This document shows, in pieces, positions 1 to 9,985 of a stretch of 64,000 nucleotides of DNA. The notes below the pieces were generated by a model. It worked only from the letters and a program-made list of their open reading frames with translations, was not told where the DNA came from and made no database searches. Each line of letters begins with the position of its first letter. Positions within the stretch are counted from its first letter, which is position 1. Both the position numbers and the translations under genes were made by a program. Source of the DNA: an uncultured Chthoniobacter sp. (GTDB taxonomy: Bacteria; Verrucomicrobiota; Verrucomicrobiia; Chthoniobacterales; UBA6821); contig CAYOAN010000002.1 in NCBI GenBank assembly GCA_964402065.1, forward strand, positions 89,107 through 153,106. Direction: 5' to 3'.

Positions 1-1035
1 ACGGTTTGTTGCAGCGATAATGATGACGCCATCTTGTGCATCGAAACCATCCATTTCAACGAGTAGCTGATTGAGCGTTTGTTCGCGCTCATCGTGTCCA
101 CCTCCCATACCATGTCCACGATGACGCCCGACAGCATCAATTTCATCAATGAAAATAAGGCAAGGAGCTGATTTCCGTCCTTGTTCAAACATATCGCGAA
201 CGCGAGAAGCACCAACGCCAACAAACATTTCTACAAAATCAGAACCACTAATATTAAAGAAGGGAACGTCAGCTTCACCAGCAATGGCGCGAGCAAGTAA
301 GGTTTTGCCGGTTCCAGGAGCGCCAATCATGAGGACGCCTTTAGGAATACGACCTCCTAGTTTTTGAAATTTTTTAGGATCTTTTAAGAATTCAACCAGC
401 TCCTGAACTTCGTCTTTAGCCTCTTCGACACCGGCAACATCTTTAAAAGTAATTTTATTTTTCTCACGAGCTAACATCTTTGCTTTGCTTTTTCCAAAGC
501 CCATGGCGCTCTTTCCTGCCATTTTGATTTGAGATCGAAAAAAGAAGTAGAGGACTAGGAGGAAAAGTACAATCGGAAGAAAGCTCATTACAGAGGAGAG
601 GAAGAGATTGGACTCTGAACGAGGTGTTACAGTAATGCCTGCTGCTGTGAGTTCTTTATCAAGTGTTGTGCCATTGAAAGGCATGTAGACGGTGGTCTTA
701 AAAGGAGAAGCAACTTCTTCGTTCTTCGTTTTTCCAAGTTTTCGATAGAACCCACTAAGCGTTTGAGTATTCTTCCCTTCTTCAATTAAAAGCTCGAGGG
801 GCTTGTCTGTTGTCGAAATAATTTTTCCTGTTTTCAGTAGCTCTTCAAATTTAGGGAGAGTGATTTCTTCGGCTGGAGTGAAGTTATTTCCACGGAAAAA
901 GAAGGCTCCTGCAATGAGGGCCACTGCAATCACAATAAAGACAAGTCCGCGCCAATTTATGGCATCATTAGGATCTTTGTCTCCTTTTGGAGAAGGATTG
1001 CTGTTGAGAGAAGGGTTTTGATTTAGGTTAGACAT
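1..1035 (-). CDS. ftsH: ATP-dependent zinc metalloprotease FtsH, N-terminal 345 codons (remainder lies beyond the left edge)
   Basis: Hand translation of the minus strand from ATG at 1035-1033 gives MSNLNQNP..., two hydrophobic segments, Walker [19 protein letters not shown], Walker [12 protein letters not shown] and ...VIIIAATNR ending at position 1. It is not in the ORF track because there is no stop codon in the window. Confidence 0.9.
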   Translation of the reverse strand, partial: MSNLNQNPSLNSNPSPKGDKDPNDAINWRGLVFIVIAVALIAGAFFFRGNNFTPAEEITLPKFEELLKTGKIISTTDKPLELLIEEGKNTQTLSGFYRKLGKTKNEEVASPFKTTVYMPFNGTTLDKELTAAGITVTPRSESNLFLSSVMSFLPIVLFLLVLYFFFRSQIKMAGKSAMGFGKSKAKMLAREKNKITFKDVAGVEEAKDEVQELVEFLKDPKKFQKLGGRIPKGVLMIGAPGTGKTLLARAIAGEADVPFFNISGSDFVEMFVGVGASRVRDMFEQGRKSAPCLIFIDEIDAVGRHRGHGMGGGHDEREQTLNQLLVEMDGFDAQDGVIIIAATNR

Positions 1036-1073
1036 TAGTTTAGATTCTCAACGTTACAAGAAATCTAGTCGAA

Positions 1074-1841
1074 ATGCAAATAGTCAAACAGTCTCTCGTT
1101 CTCTCCATTCATGATGTTACCTCTAGTACGCAAGCCGTGGTGCAAGAGATGTTGAATGATTTAAAGCAGTGTGGAGTTTCTTGCTGTTCGCTTCTCGTAG
1201 TACCTCACTATCACAATAAAGAATCCTTAGCGGCAGCTTCAACTTTTGTAACATGGCTGCACGAAAAGCAAATAGAAGGGCATGAAATAGTCTTGCATGG
1301 ATGGTCTCATCTGCGTCCTTCGAAGATGGGGGAAAACTTGTGGAAGCGTTTAATGACGCAGCACTATACTCGTGGAGAGGGAGAATTTTATGATCTGAGT
1401 TATGAGGATGCTTGTTTTAAATTAAGAATGGGAAAGGAAGAATTTAAAAAAGCAGGTTTTGACTTGGAAAAAATTTCAGGCTTTATTGCTCCCGCATGGT
1501 TGTTGAGCAATGAAGCAGAAAGAGCCGTTGCTCAAGAAGGATTTTCTTACACGACGCGGCTTCATGGGGTGGTTGACTTGCGTTCGAGCGAAATCATTTT
1601 TTATCGCACTCAAAGCATGGTTTATAGTGTTAGTTCCTTCTGGAGAAGATGCGTTAGCCTCGTTTGGAATGAAATCTTATTTCGTCTTGCAGGGCGCCAG
1701 GCTTGGTCACTGCTTCGGATAGGATTGCATCCTCCAGACTGGACGCATTCTCGAGTTCGGAAGCACGCCTTAGCGGCTGTAAGCAGAGCCATGATCAAGC
1801 GTGTTCCGATGACTTATCAAAAGTGGATGAGCAAAATTTAA
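1074..1841 (+). CDS. DUF2334-like polysaccharide deacetylase family protein
   Basis: 255-aa ORF. The N-terminal LSIHDVT motif and the HGWSH motif resemble the DUF2334 / divergent deacetylase fold as I recall it. Confidence 0.5.
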   Translation: MQIVKQSLVLSIHDVTSSTQAVVQEMLNDLKQCGVSCCSLLVVPHYHNKESLAAASTFVTWLHEKQIEGHEIVLHGWSHLRPSKMGENLWKRLMTQHYTRGEGEFYDLSYEDACFKLRMGKEEFKKAGFDLEKISGFIAPAWLLSNEAERAVAQEGFSYTTRLHGVVDLRSSEIIFYRTQSMVYSVSSFWRRCVSLVWNEILFRLAGRQAWSLLRIGLHPPDWTHSRVRKHALAAVSRAMIKRVPMTYQKWMSKI

Positions 1842-1883
1842 CTGTGCAGTATAGCTAACATTGTTGGGTTGCTCATTTTTTAT

Positions 1884-3470
1884 TTAAAAAAATGATGAAA
1901 TCAAAAACTTGATGAGTGCAATCAGACTTAGCATCACCAAGCTCAGCTTAGCAGCTTTAAAGAAGAGCTCTTTTGATTGATTATAATAGGATTTGCTTGC
2001 TTCCCTGTTGAACTTCCATGCTGCATAGTGCTCATTCCATGCAGCCTTATCATAAGAGTCAGCCTCTTCACGTTCTCTTACAGTAGCAGTAACGGCCTGA
2101 GTTTCCAAATTTTCTGATTGAATGAGAGCGTTTTTTTCATTTTCTGATATGCCACGCTGAGCTGCCTCCAGGAAGAGATCTATTGTAAAAGAAGCCCTCT
2201 GTTCTGCTTGATCATAACGCTCAGCTGTTTCAAGATCTCCATTTGCTCTTGCAGTAGCACTCTGAAGATTAAAGTTTCCTGATTGAGTCCAGGCCTCTTT
2301 TTCATTTTTTGATATGTCACGCTGAGCTGCCGCATTGAACTTCCTTGCTGCACAAGCAGCTTTCTGTGCTGCTTCCGCATAACGGTTAGCCGTTTCAGGA
2401 ACTCCATTTGCTATTGCAGTAGCACTCTGAAGGTAAAGGTTTCCTGATTGAGTCCAGGCCTCTTTTTCATTTTTTGATATGTCACGCTGAGCTGCATCTT
2501 TGAACATCTCTGCTGCACAAGAAGCTCTCTCCGCTGCCTGATGATAAAGGGTAGCCAGTTCAGGATTGTTGGCAGAAGCTAAATAAACTCGCTCAAAAGT
2601 ATTAGCATATTGATATATTGCTCCTAAGTAGGAGTTTGTTGTTTTTATGAGTCTTGCTTCAGCAAATTTTGCCTCTGCTACTTTTTCTGCATAAGAGACC
2701 TCGTCACTAATAGCTTCTTTAGTCTTTTGTAGGGTTTCTTCAATGTCAGTAGCTAGATTGTTTTGGGACCTTTCGTTCAGAGCATCTAGAGTTCCTAGGT
2801 GTGTACAAAGGTCCCTGACCTTTTCAGCTCGTTGCATAAGCTTGCTAATGTTGTTTTCAACAATGGGCATCTGCTTTGTAATTAGACGAACAAAAGCATT
2901 TTCATTCAAGCGTAACGCAGCTTCGAAAGGTACTGGCGTAGGAATAGAACCTTGTTTCCTTGCCAGTATGTTAGTTTGTTCTGCTATAAAAGCTGCTTTA
3001 TAAGAAATTGCATGACGCACAATTTGTATGGCAGCAGCTAATCCTAACTTCACTTTTTCATTGCAACTCAGTTTGGATTCCTGCTCATACCTTGCTCTTT
3101 TTCCTTCTAGGTTATGGTTCCAAAGGTAACTGACAATCTCTAGGCTTGGGCCATTGTCTACAGTAAGAATGGATGATCTTGCCTCAAAAAATCTTGGGTT
3201 TAGGCCACTTTTTTCGGCGAGTTTGTTTTCAGTTGCTGCAGCACAAATTCTGCCTGTTGAAAATGGCACCATTTGATTCCCTTCTACGGTTGTAGGCTTA
3301 TCTTGCTCCTCATCTAGCCCAACCTGGCCGTCCTCTTGAGAAAGATTGGAGTTGTCTGTGTCGCGTCTTTTGTCTATTTGAGGAACTTTTTCAGCTTCCT
3401 CTGGTGCATTTCCTGGTGCATTTTTTGGGTCAAAGCGAAGAGGCATTCCAGATATTTCTTCTAGTGACAA
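1884..3470 (-). CDS. Tail-anchored repeat protein of unknown function
   Basis: 528-aa ORF with a TTG start at 3470; an alternative ATG lies at 3446. The N-terminus is acidic and low-complexity. Four 55-aa repeats span residues 271-490. A single hydrophobic helix (LSLVMLSLIALIKFLISSFF) sits at the extreme C-terminus. Confidence 0.6.
   Translation of the reverse strand: MSLEEISGMPLRFDPKNAPGNAPEEAEKVPQIDKRRDTDNSNLSQEDGQVGLDEEQDKPTTVEGNQMVPFSTGRICAAATENKLAEKSGLNPRFFEARSSILTVDNGPSLEIVSYLWNHNLEGKRARYEQESKLSCNEKVKLGLAAAIQIVRHAISYKAAFIAEQTNILARKQGSIPTPVPFEAALRLNENAFVRLITKQMPIVENNISKLMQRAEKVRDLCTHLGTLDALNERSQNNLATDIEETLQKTKEAISDEVSYAEKVAEAKFAEARLIKTTNSYLGAIYQYANTFERVYLASANNPELATLYHQAAERASCAAEMFKDAAQRDISKNEKEAWTQSGNLYLQSATAIANGVPETANRYAEAAQKAACAARKFNAAAQRDISKNEKEAWTQSGNFNLQSATARANGDLETAERYDQAEQRASFTIDLFLEAAQRGISENEKNALIQSENLETQAVTATVREREEADSYDKAAWNEHYAAWKFNREASKSYYNQSKELFFKAAKLSLVMLSLIALIKFLISSFF
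2001..2660 (-). repeat. Coding tandem repeat with a 165-bp (55-aa) period, about 4 units; units 2 and 3 (2166-2495) are near-identical
   Basis: The string gattgagtccaggcctctttttcattttttgatatgtcacgctgagctgc occurs at 2281 and again at 2446. At protein level AAQRDISKNEKEAWTQSGN recurs exactly 55 aa apart. Confidence 0.85.
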
Positions 3471-3852
3471 AAGCGTTAATAAAAAAGAAGAAGGAGAGAG
3501 TTTTTCAGTTTCATTTGTTGCGCATAAGTTAAGTCAAAGCTAGGGCGTAGGCTAACTTTTTTTAACAATAGCAATAACAGTAGGTAGTGGAGTCCTCCAA
3601 AATTGCTTTTCAAAATGTTACTCCGTGTAATCTGAACGAACAGCGCCTGAAAGCCGAAGGTGCGAAGTCGGCTTGCTTGCTTTAAACAAGGGGAGGAGAT
3701 TGAAAAACGGTCATTGCCTGTTGGACTCTCACCCCGTAACCTCTCTCTACCCCACCAGAGATATGTTGAACTATATTATTTTGGATCAGATAATATAGCG
3801 TCTTCTTTTCTGCTTGTTACGCTTTTATGATTTAATCTCTTTTTTTATAACT

Positions 3853-6249
3853 ATGGCAAAAGTTGACCTTCATCTTCACACGCTACACAGCAAGCGTTCT
3901 TCAGAATGGCTTTTGAGAAGGTTGGGCGTTCCTGCTAGCATGTCCGAGCCACGCGAGTTATACAAAAAACTTCGCCGAGCAGGCATGGATTTTGTCACTT
4001 TTACTGATTATGACTCGATTGAAGGATGTCTGGAGATTGCCGATCTTGATGGAGTCTTCCTCAGCGAACAAGTGAGCACGATTTTTCCTGAAGATGGATG
4101 TCACGTAACATTGCTTGTTTGGAATATTACAGAAGAGCAACATCGGATGATTCAGCAGCTCAAAGAAAATATTTATGAGTTGCAGCAATACTTAGCAGCA
4201 CAAGAGATCGCTCATGGAGTAGCAGCCCCTGCTGTGGGATTAATTGATCAATTGCAGCCATCTCATTTGATGAAACTGGCACTCCTTTTTCAACATTTTG
4301 AAGGGATTAATGGGCGCCGACCAACTTTATTAAATGAAGTAGCTCGTTTTTTCTTCACGCTAACTGCTGCTGATATTGAGCGTTTTGCTGCACAAACAGG
4401 AATGGCTCCAACGCATTTAGAGCCTTGGAAAAAATACTTTTTTGGAGGCTCTGATGATCATAGTGGCCGTATGATGGGAGCTGCTTACACTATTGTTCCT
4501 TCTGCGACAACAGCTGCTGAATTTTTTCAACAATTCCAACGAGGTCAGGGGACGCCTCATGGACAAGACGGAACGCCATTAGCTATGGCATTGGATACGT
4601 ATCAAGTTGCTTTTTCTTTCGGACAAGACCGCTTGCGAGGAAAAACTGATAGTTTGGGCCTTCAATTTCTTTCAAAGGCTTTTGAACGGTTTATAGAAGG
4701 GCGTGATCCTACGGTTTTTTCAGCTGGTGAAAAATGGAATTTTCTTTTGCATGGAGTCATGAGTGGAAAAATTTTTGAGCTGGCTCGCTCCGGAAATCGC
4801 TCGCTTTGGAAAGAACTCTCAGCGTCACTTTCCACCAAATCAATGAAAGCAGAGTTAGCACGTCAAATTGAAGGGATTGATGATCCAAGTCGACGCGCTT
4901 TTGGAATAGCTAATCTTTTGGCAAGTCGCTTAGCTTACCGTTTTGTGATGCAATTCATCGCGCAATTGAAAGAAGGTAAATTCATGGAAAGCTTGCAGAT
5001 GGTCGGTCCCGTTGTGCCACTCTTAGCAATGTTGAGCCCTTATTTTTATGCATTCCATCGTGCTCCTCTGCGGCGTTTGAGTGAAGCTGGAAGGGCCTTG
5101 AGGGGCGATCTTCCTGTAACGTTGCGCCATCGCCGTTCGGCTTGGTTTACCGACACGCTCGATGATATCAATGGCGTTTCTACTACTATTCAAAAGATGG
5201 CTTCTGCCACCACAGCGCTTGGCTATGATTTAACAGTGATGGTTTCTCGGGAGCAGGTTGCTGATTTAAATATTCCCTGTAAAAATTTTGATCCTGTTGG
5301 CACGTTTGAATTGCCGGAATATGAATTGCAGCGCCTCAGTTTTCCGCCAATCTTACCCATTATTGATTACCTAGAACGCGAAAAGTTTACAGAAGTCATC
5401 ATCAGTACTCCAGGTCCTGTTGGCCTTGCCGCGTTTTTCGCAGCTAAATTACTAGGGCTGCCAACGATCGCTATTTATCATACTGATTTTCCTCAGTATG
5501 TGCGGATGTTAACTGAAGATGGATTCATGGAGACTCTGACATGGAACTTTATGCACTGGTTCTATTCGCAGATGGATTTGATTTATGTCAATTCAGATCA
5601 TTATCGTCGTGGTTGGATGGAGCGAGGCGTTGCTGAAGAAAAAATTCGTATCCTACCTCGCGGACTCGACACGGTCTTTTTTCATCCCCAAAAACGAGAC
5701 CTGAACTTTTGGACAAAAAGAGGATTGAAAACTGGAGAAGTAGGAGCGCTGTACGTTGGGCGCATTTCGAGAGAAAAGAATCTAGATCTCCTCGCCGCTG
5801 CTTTTCGAAGGCTGTTAACACGTGGAGTTAAAGTTCGGCCCCTTTTTGTTGGAGATGGGCCTTATCTTTCAACGATGAAAGAGCTCCTGCCAGAGGGAAT
5901 TTTTATGGGAAGTTTGCAGGGGGAAAAACTTGCAACAGCTTATGCTTCTGCTGACTTTTTTGTTTTTCCGAGCACCACTGATACTTTTGGCAATGTGGTG
6001 ATTGAGGCTCAAGCCAGCGGTCTTCCTACGATTGTTTCCAATGTTGGAGGGCCAAAAGATCTAGTAGGACACGAGCAAGATGGACTCGTTACAAAGGCTC
6101 TTGATTTGGATGTGCTGACTCAAGCAATACAACGTCTGGTCGATGATGAGCCACTTCGAAAGGCTTGGAGCCTTGCTGCACGTGCACGTGTGAGTGAACG
6201 CAACTGGGAGAGGGCTGCTCAGCAATTTTGGGAAGAGCTTTCAGCATAG
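3853..6249 (+). CDS. Fusion protein: N-terminal PHP-like phosphoesterase domain plus C-terminal GT4 (group 1) glycosyltransferase
   Basis: The N-terminus MAKVDLHLHTLHS carries the PHP HxH motif. The C-terminus GDGPY...FVFPSTTDTFGNVVIEAQASGLPTIVSNVGGPKDLV is typical of GT4. The ATG at 3853 is preferred over the TTG at 3814. Confidence 0.75.
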   Translation: MAKVDLHLHTLHSKRSSEWLLRRLGVPASMSEPRELYKKLRRAGMDFVTFTDYDSIEGCLEIADLDGVFLSEQVSTIFPEDGCHVTLLVWNITEEQHRMIQQLKENIYELQQYLAAQEIAHGVAAPAVGLIDQLQPSHLMKLALLFQHFEGINGRRPTLLNEVARFFFTLTAADIERFAAQTGMAPTHLEPWKKYFFGGSDDHSGRMMGAAYTIVPSATTAAEFFQQFQRGQGTPHGQDGTPLAMALDTYQVAFSFGQDRLRGKTDSLGLQFLSKAFERFIEGRDPTVFSAGEKWNFLLHGVMSGKIFELARSGNRSLWKELSASLSTKSMKAELARQIEGIDDPSRRAFGIANLLASRLAYRFVMQFIAQLKEGKFMESLQMVGPVVPLLAMLSPYFYAFHRAPLRRLSEAGRALRGDLPVTLRHRRSAWFTDTLDDINGVSTTIQKMASATTALGYDLTVMVSREQVADLNIPCKNFDPVGTFELPEYELQRLSFPPILPIIDYLEREKFTEVIISTPGPVGLAAFFAAKLLGLPTIAIYHTDFPQYVRMLTEDGFMETLTWNFMHWFYSQMDLIYVNSDHYRRGWMERGVAEEKIRILPRGLDTVFFHPQKRDLNFWTKRGLKTGEVGALYVGRISREKNLDLLAAAFRRLLTRGVKVRPLFVGDGPYLSTMKELLPEGIFMGSLQGEKLATAYASADFFVFPSTTDTFGNVVIEAQASGLPTIVSNVGGPKDLVGHEQDGLVTKALDLDVLTQAIQRLVDDEPLRKAWSLAARARVSERNWERAAQQFWEELSA

Positions 6250-6258
6250 TTTGTAGAA

Positions 6259-7593
6259 ATGAGACTCGACAGCAAAAGCATACCTGCGGTGTGGCAGCCA
6301 CCGGATCAATTGTCGTCAGCCCCATCAGGGAACGTCTCGCGGGGGCAGGCGAGGTGCATTCTTTTTCTCATTACGTTGGGTTCCATTTTAGAATATTACG
6401 ATTTTGGGATTTTTATTTATTTGGCTCCCTTTATTGGAAAGAGCCTCATTCCAGCAAGCAATGAGTGGCTTAATTTGTTGCTAAGTTATACGATTTTTGC
6501 GGCTGGAGCATTGTTTCGCCCCTTGGGAGGTGTTGTGTTTGCTCATCTTGGTGATACACGTGGGCGTAAACATACTTTTGTTTACACTATTTTGGTAATG
6601 GCTCTTCCAACATTTTTAATCGCTTGTATTCCCGGTGCCATCAAGATTGGAGCGTGGGCGACGGTTTTGTTGATAGGATTGCGCATTCTTCAAAGTCTTG
6701 CATTAGGAGGCGAGTTGCCTGGTTCTGTCATTTTTGGGTATGAGGCTTCAAGTTCAGAGCGTAAGGCGTTCAATACGGCGGTGATCGTGATGGGGACAAA
6801 TATAGGTCTTTTAGCTTCGTCCCTTGTTTGTATGGTTCTCATGAAGCCTTATTGGAATAATGGAGAGAGTTGGCGCTTGGCTTTTGCGCTCGGAGGAATA
6901 TTGGGATTTGTGAGCTATGGCTTGCGTCGCACCCTTGTCGAAACCCCCACATTTTTGGAATATAAGCGACTTCTTCAGCGAGAAACTGTTCCTATAAAAC
7001 TGCTTTTCCAACAACATAAAAAGCCACTCTTGCAGCTCATTGGGATTGGTTTTCTTTTTTCGAGTAGCATTGCCGTTTTTACTTACTATATCCCGAATTA
7101 TCTCTCGACCTTCTATCATTTCCCTTTGGAGCAATTGATGAAGTTTAATTCGTACACCATCTTTATTTTTATGATTGGCTCGCTATGCGCTGGAATTTTT
7201 GATCAATGGTTGGGAAAAAAAGTTTTCTTGGTTCTTTTTATTGGTATTGCCGGAGCCTCATTGATGCTGTTTTTGAATTATAGTGTCTTAAGCATTCATC
7301 AAATTTTTTTCTGGCATAGCCTTCTTTTATTAGTTGTTGGGGTGCTTTGTGGGCGTTTTCCTGTGCTAGTAAGTTCCTTTTTTCCTGTCTCAGTGCGTTA
7401 CACAGGAGTTGCTATCGTTTGGAATATTAGCATTGGGATCATTACTGGATGCACACAGATGCTCTTAACATGGCTAGTCAAAGTAACCGGTCTTGTGTGG
7501 ATTCCCGCTCTTTACATTTGTTTTTTTGCCATGCTTGCAATCGTTTCGTTGCTCACGATTCAATCTCGACAGTTAGTCGAATATCAAGAGTGA
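6259..7593 (+). CDS. MFS transporter, metabolite:H+ symporter (ProP-like MHS) family
   Basis: 444 aa with about 12 hydrophobic segments. It carries the motif LGDTRGRKHTFVYTILVMALPTFLIACIP, which is typical of MHS family members. Confidence 0.8.
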   Translation: MRLDSKSIPAVWQPPDQLSSAPSGNVSRGQARCILFLITLGSILEYYDFGIFIYLAPFIGKSLIPASNEWLNLLLSYTIFAAGALFRPLGGVVFAHLGDTRGRKHTFVYTILVMALPTFLIACIPGAIKIGAWATVLLIGLRILQSLALGGELPGSVIFGYEASSSERKAFNTAVIVMGTNIGLLASSLVCMVLMKPYWNNGESWRLAFALGGILGFVSYGLRRTLVETPTFLEYKRLLQRETVPIKLLFQQHKKPLLQLIGIGFLFSSSIAVFTYYIPNYLSTFYHFPLEQLMKFNSYTIFIFMIGSLCAGIFDQWLGKKVFLVLFIGIAGASLMLFLNYSVLSIHQIFFWHSLLLLVVGVLCGRFPVLVSSFFPVSVRYTGVAIVWNISIGIITGCTQMLLTWLVKVTGLVWIPALYICFFAMLAIVSLLTIQSRQLVEYQE

Positions 7594-7824
7594 AGAGAAT
7601 TGAGGGTTGAAATTTATTTTTTTAAAGCTACATTCATTGCGCCCTGTGATGTCCGAGATACCGGTATTATTGCTCCTGAACCTATGTAACATACTTACGG
7701 AAGCTTTAAAAATCGAGTTAATGACATGCCTTTACTGGACTTCAGCAATTCGAGTGACAGTTTCCACCTTACCTTTACGGAACGGGTTAGCATCCTTAAC
7801 GGCATTGCGGGGTATTTTTTTTTG

Positions 7825-8415
7825 CTAGTAAAGCAACGTAACCATCTTGTCAAATGTTGCTGTCTCCTCTTTGACTAGTGTTTCTGGACCTGTCATCTTG
7901 ACATATACGTCACCTTGAGGACTTTCAAGAATAGCTCCACGTAAAGCATAATTAGGACAAGATTCTGTTGGTCCCCCTGGCATTCCGTTAGCAAAAGTAC
8001 CGCTAGCAGAGACAAAGGTGATTGTTGTTTCCATTGCCTTTTGAGAAGTTGTCACAGCTGTTACAGGGGTGCCATCTTTTGAAGTGAACTGAGCCGCCCA
8101 ACGATCAACATTGGCCTGTACTGTTCCTCCTTGACCTGGTCCAAAATAAAAAAAAGTGACGAGTGCCGTTGTCCCATTTTTTCCTAAAACTATTAATTGT
8201 GCCTTGCGCATCGAGGATGTCGGATTTTCCCATTTCCAGGTTGCAGGGCGTGTGAAAGAAAAAGCGCCAACTTTAAATTTTGTAGGTGCTAAGGAAATAC
8301 CCGACGCAGTTGTTGCTGGTGTTGCTTCGGAAGAGGGAGCTGCTAATAGAGCTGAAGAGAGGAGGCTCAATGTGAGATAAAAGATAATCAAAAGATCAAA
8401 GCGCATAAAAGGCAT
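7825..8415 (-). CDS. Secreted hypothetical protein
   Basis: 196-aa ORF with an N-terminal signal-like segment (LLIIFYLTLSLLSSALLAAPSS). I recognise no catalytic motif. Confidence 0.6.
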   Translation of the reverse strand: MPFMRFDLLIIFYLTLSLLSSALLAAPSSEATPATTASGISLAPTKFKVGAFSFTRPATWKWENPTSSMRKAQLIVLGKNGTTALVTFFYFGPGQGGTVQANVDRWAAQFTSKDGTPVTAVTTSQKAMETTITFVSASGTFANGMPGGPTESCPNYALRGAILESPQGDVYVKMTGPETLVKEETATFDKMVTLLY

Positions 8416-8702
8416 GCTATGGGAGAGCTTTTACTTATTCAAGTCCATCCATTGAGTTGCAGCGTTAAAAGCACATAGAGGCGAAAATAGTCATTTTTTC
8501 TCTTAGCGGGAGTGACGCTCTTTCATTCAACACATTAAGCTTCGGTAAGAAGGTTGAAGGATTTTTCTAACATAAAAGAAAAACATTACTGCAAGAATGA
8601 GAGAAGGAACTTTGTCCTGAAAATTTTTTATAGCAATCCTTTCAGAGTTAGCCCGAGGATCAACTAGGAGCGCTGAGAAAGGATGCTAAAACCAGGATGC
8701 TA

Positions 8703-9914
8703 TTAAACAGCGATTTCTAATTCTTGTTTAGGGCCAAAGAATTCAAAATGAATCTGGCTTTCTGGGATGCCCCAAGTTAGAAGGTGTTGGTAGATGTGAG
8801 CCATAAAGGGCTTGGGGCCGCAAAAATAATAATCGGCATCATGGTTAGGTAATAATTCCTCTAATAAAGCTGCATCAATAAAACCTTCACTATGATGAGG
8901 GCGACTTATACGGTCTTCGGCAGTTGCCTCGCTATAACGATAATGAATTTTAATAGCGGGATATTGATCTCCTAAGTCATTAACAAGTTTTCGAAAGGCG
9001 TGGGTTTGACCGTTCAAGGCTCCATGAATAAAATAAATGGGGCGCTGAGGATACTGCTGAACTGAATTCAGGAGCATGCTCAGGATAGGAGTAATTCCAA
9101 TCCCTCCTGAAAGAAAAACGAGAGGATGCGTCTCGGATTTTGAGTTGTCTAAAATAAACTCTCCACAAGGAGGCGCTACTTCAAGGATGTCGCCTTCTTT
9201 AATTTGGTGATGAAGGATATTGGAAGCAAAGCCTTCTAATTCTCTTTTAACGCTAATGCGGAAGTGATCCTCTCCTGGCATGTTGGAAATGCTATAATTA
9301 CGCATTGTTGTTCCCGTGTTGGGATGGGGCACTCTTATTGTTAGGTATTGTCCTGGCTTAAATAAAGGAACGCCTTCGCCAGAGGCTGGTTTTAGGTAGA
9401 AAGAAGAGACCGTTTCACTTTCTGGAACTATTTGAACAACGCGGAAAAATTTGAAATCCTTCCATCCGTTTTTTTCTTCAAGTTGACTCGTGTAAATTTG
9501 TTGCTCCCTAGCAATGAGAATTTCTGCCAAGAATTCATAGGCTTCTTTCCAAGCATTGATAACCTCATCGGTTGCCCCATCGCCTAAGACTTCTTTTATA
9601 GACGCAAGGAGATTTGCTCCAACAATTGGGTAGTGTTCTGGTAAAATGCGATACGAAGCATGTTTTTGTGCGATGAGTTCAACGGCTCCTCCTAAGAGTT
9701 CTAGGTGATCAATGTTTGCTGCGTAAGCACAAATAGCAGCCGCTAATGCTTTTTGTTGAAGACCTGCTCGCTGATTGGAAGGGTTAAAAAAGGGAGCCAC
9801 TTCAGGATTATGAGCAAACATTCTTTTGTAAAAATGTCGTGTTAGGGTTTCTCCATGTTCTTGTAAAACAGGAGCAGTGGCTTTAATCAGGTCAATGGTT
9901 GATGCTTTTAACAT
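8703..9914 (-). CDS. hmp: Flavohemoglobin (NO dioxygenase)
   Basis: 403 aa. The globin N-terminus reads MLKASTIDLIKATAPVLQEHGETLTRHFYKRMF. An FAD-binding RNYSIS motif and an NAD-binding LSGGIGITP motif follow. Confidence 0.9.
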   Translation of the reverse strand: MLKASTIDLIKATAPVLQEHGETLTRHFYKRMFAHNPEVAPFFNPSNQRAGLQQKALAAAICAYAANIDHLELLGGAVELIAQKHASYRILPEHYPIVGANLLASIKEVLGDGATDEVINAWKEAYEFLAEILIAREQQIYTSQLEEKNGWKDFKFFRVVQIVPESETVSSFYLKPASGEGVPLFKPGQYLTIRVPHPNTGTTMRNYSISNMPGEDHFRISVKRELEGFASNILHHQIKEGDILEVAPPCGEFILDNSKSETHPLVFLSGGIGITPILSMLLNSVQQYPQRPIYFIHGALNGQTHAFRKLVNDLGDQYPAIKIHYRYSEATAEDRISRPHHSEGFIDAALLEELLPNHDADYYFCGPKPFMAHIYQHLLTWGIPESQIHFEFFGPKQELEIAV

Positions 9915-9967
9915 AATAAAAGATCATCAATCAAAGCTGTCACAGTGACGAGATTCAGAAATTTCAA

Positions 9968-9985
9968 TTGTGACTTAAATCACAA
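9968..9985. promoter_or_regulatory. CRP/FNR-type palindrome TTGTGA-N6-TCACAA in the hmp / crp-family divergent intergenic region
   Basis: ttgtgacttaaatcacaa is a perfect inverted repeat. Its centre lies about 62 nt from the hmp ATG and about 30 nt from the regulator ATG. Confidence 0.5.

Noticed and set aside
2001-2660. Regular 165-bp repeats were considered as a possible CRISPR-like or satellite array.
   Set aside because: The period is a multiple of three and lies inside a long ORF. It has no spacer-repeat alternation, so it is a coding tandem repeat.
3814-7593. The PHP-GT4 gene and the MFS gene are in the same reading frame, separated by TAG plus 3 codons, which could indicate a read-through fusion.
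   Set aside because: The two proteins are complete, unrelated domains; the GT4 C-terminus and the MFS N-terminus both look normal. A same-frame arrangement occurs by chance one time in three.
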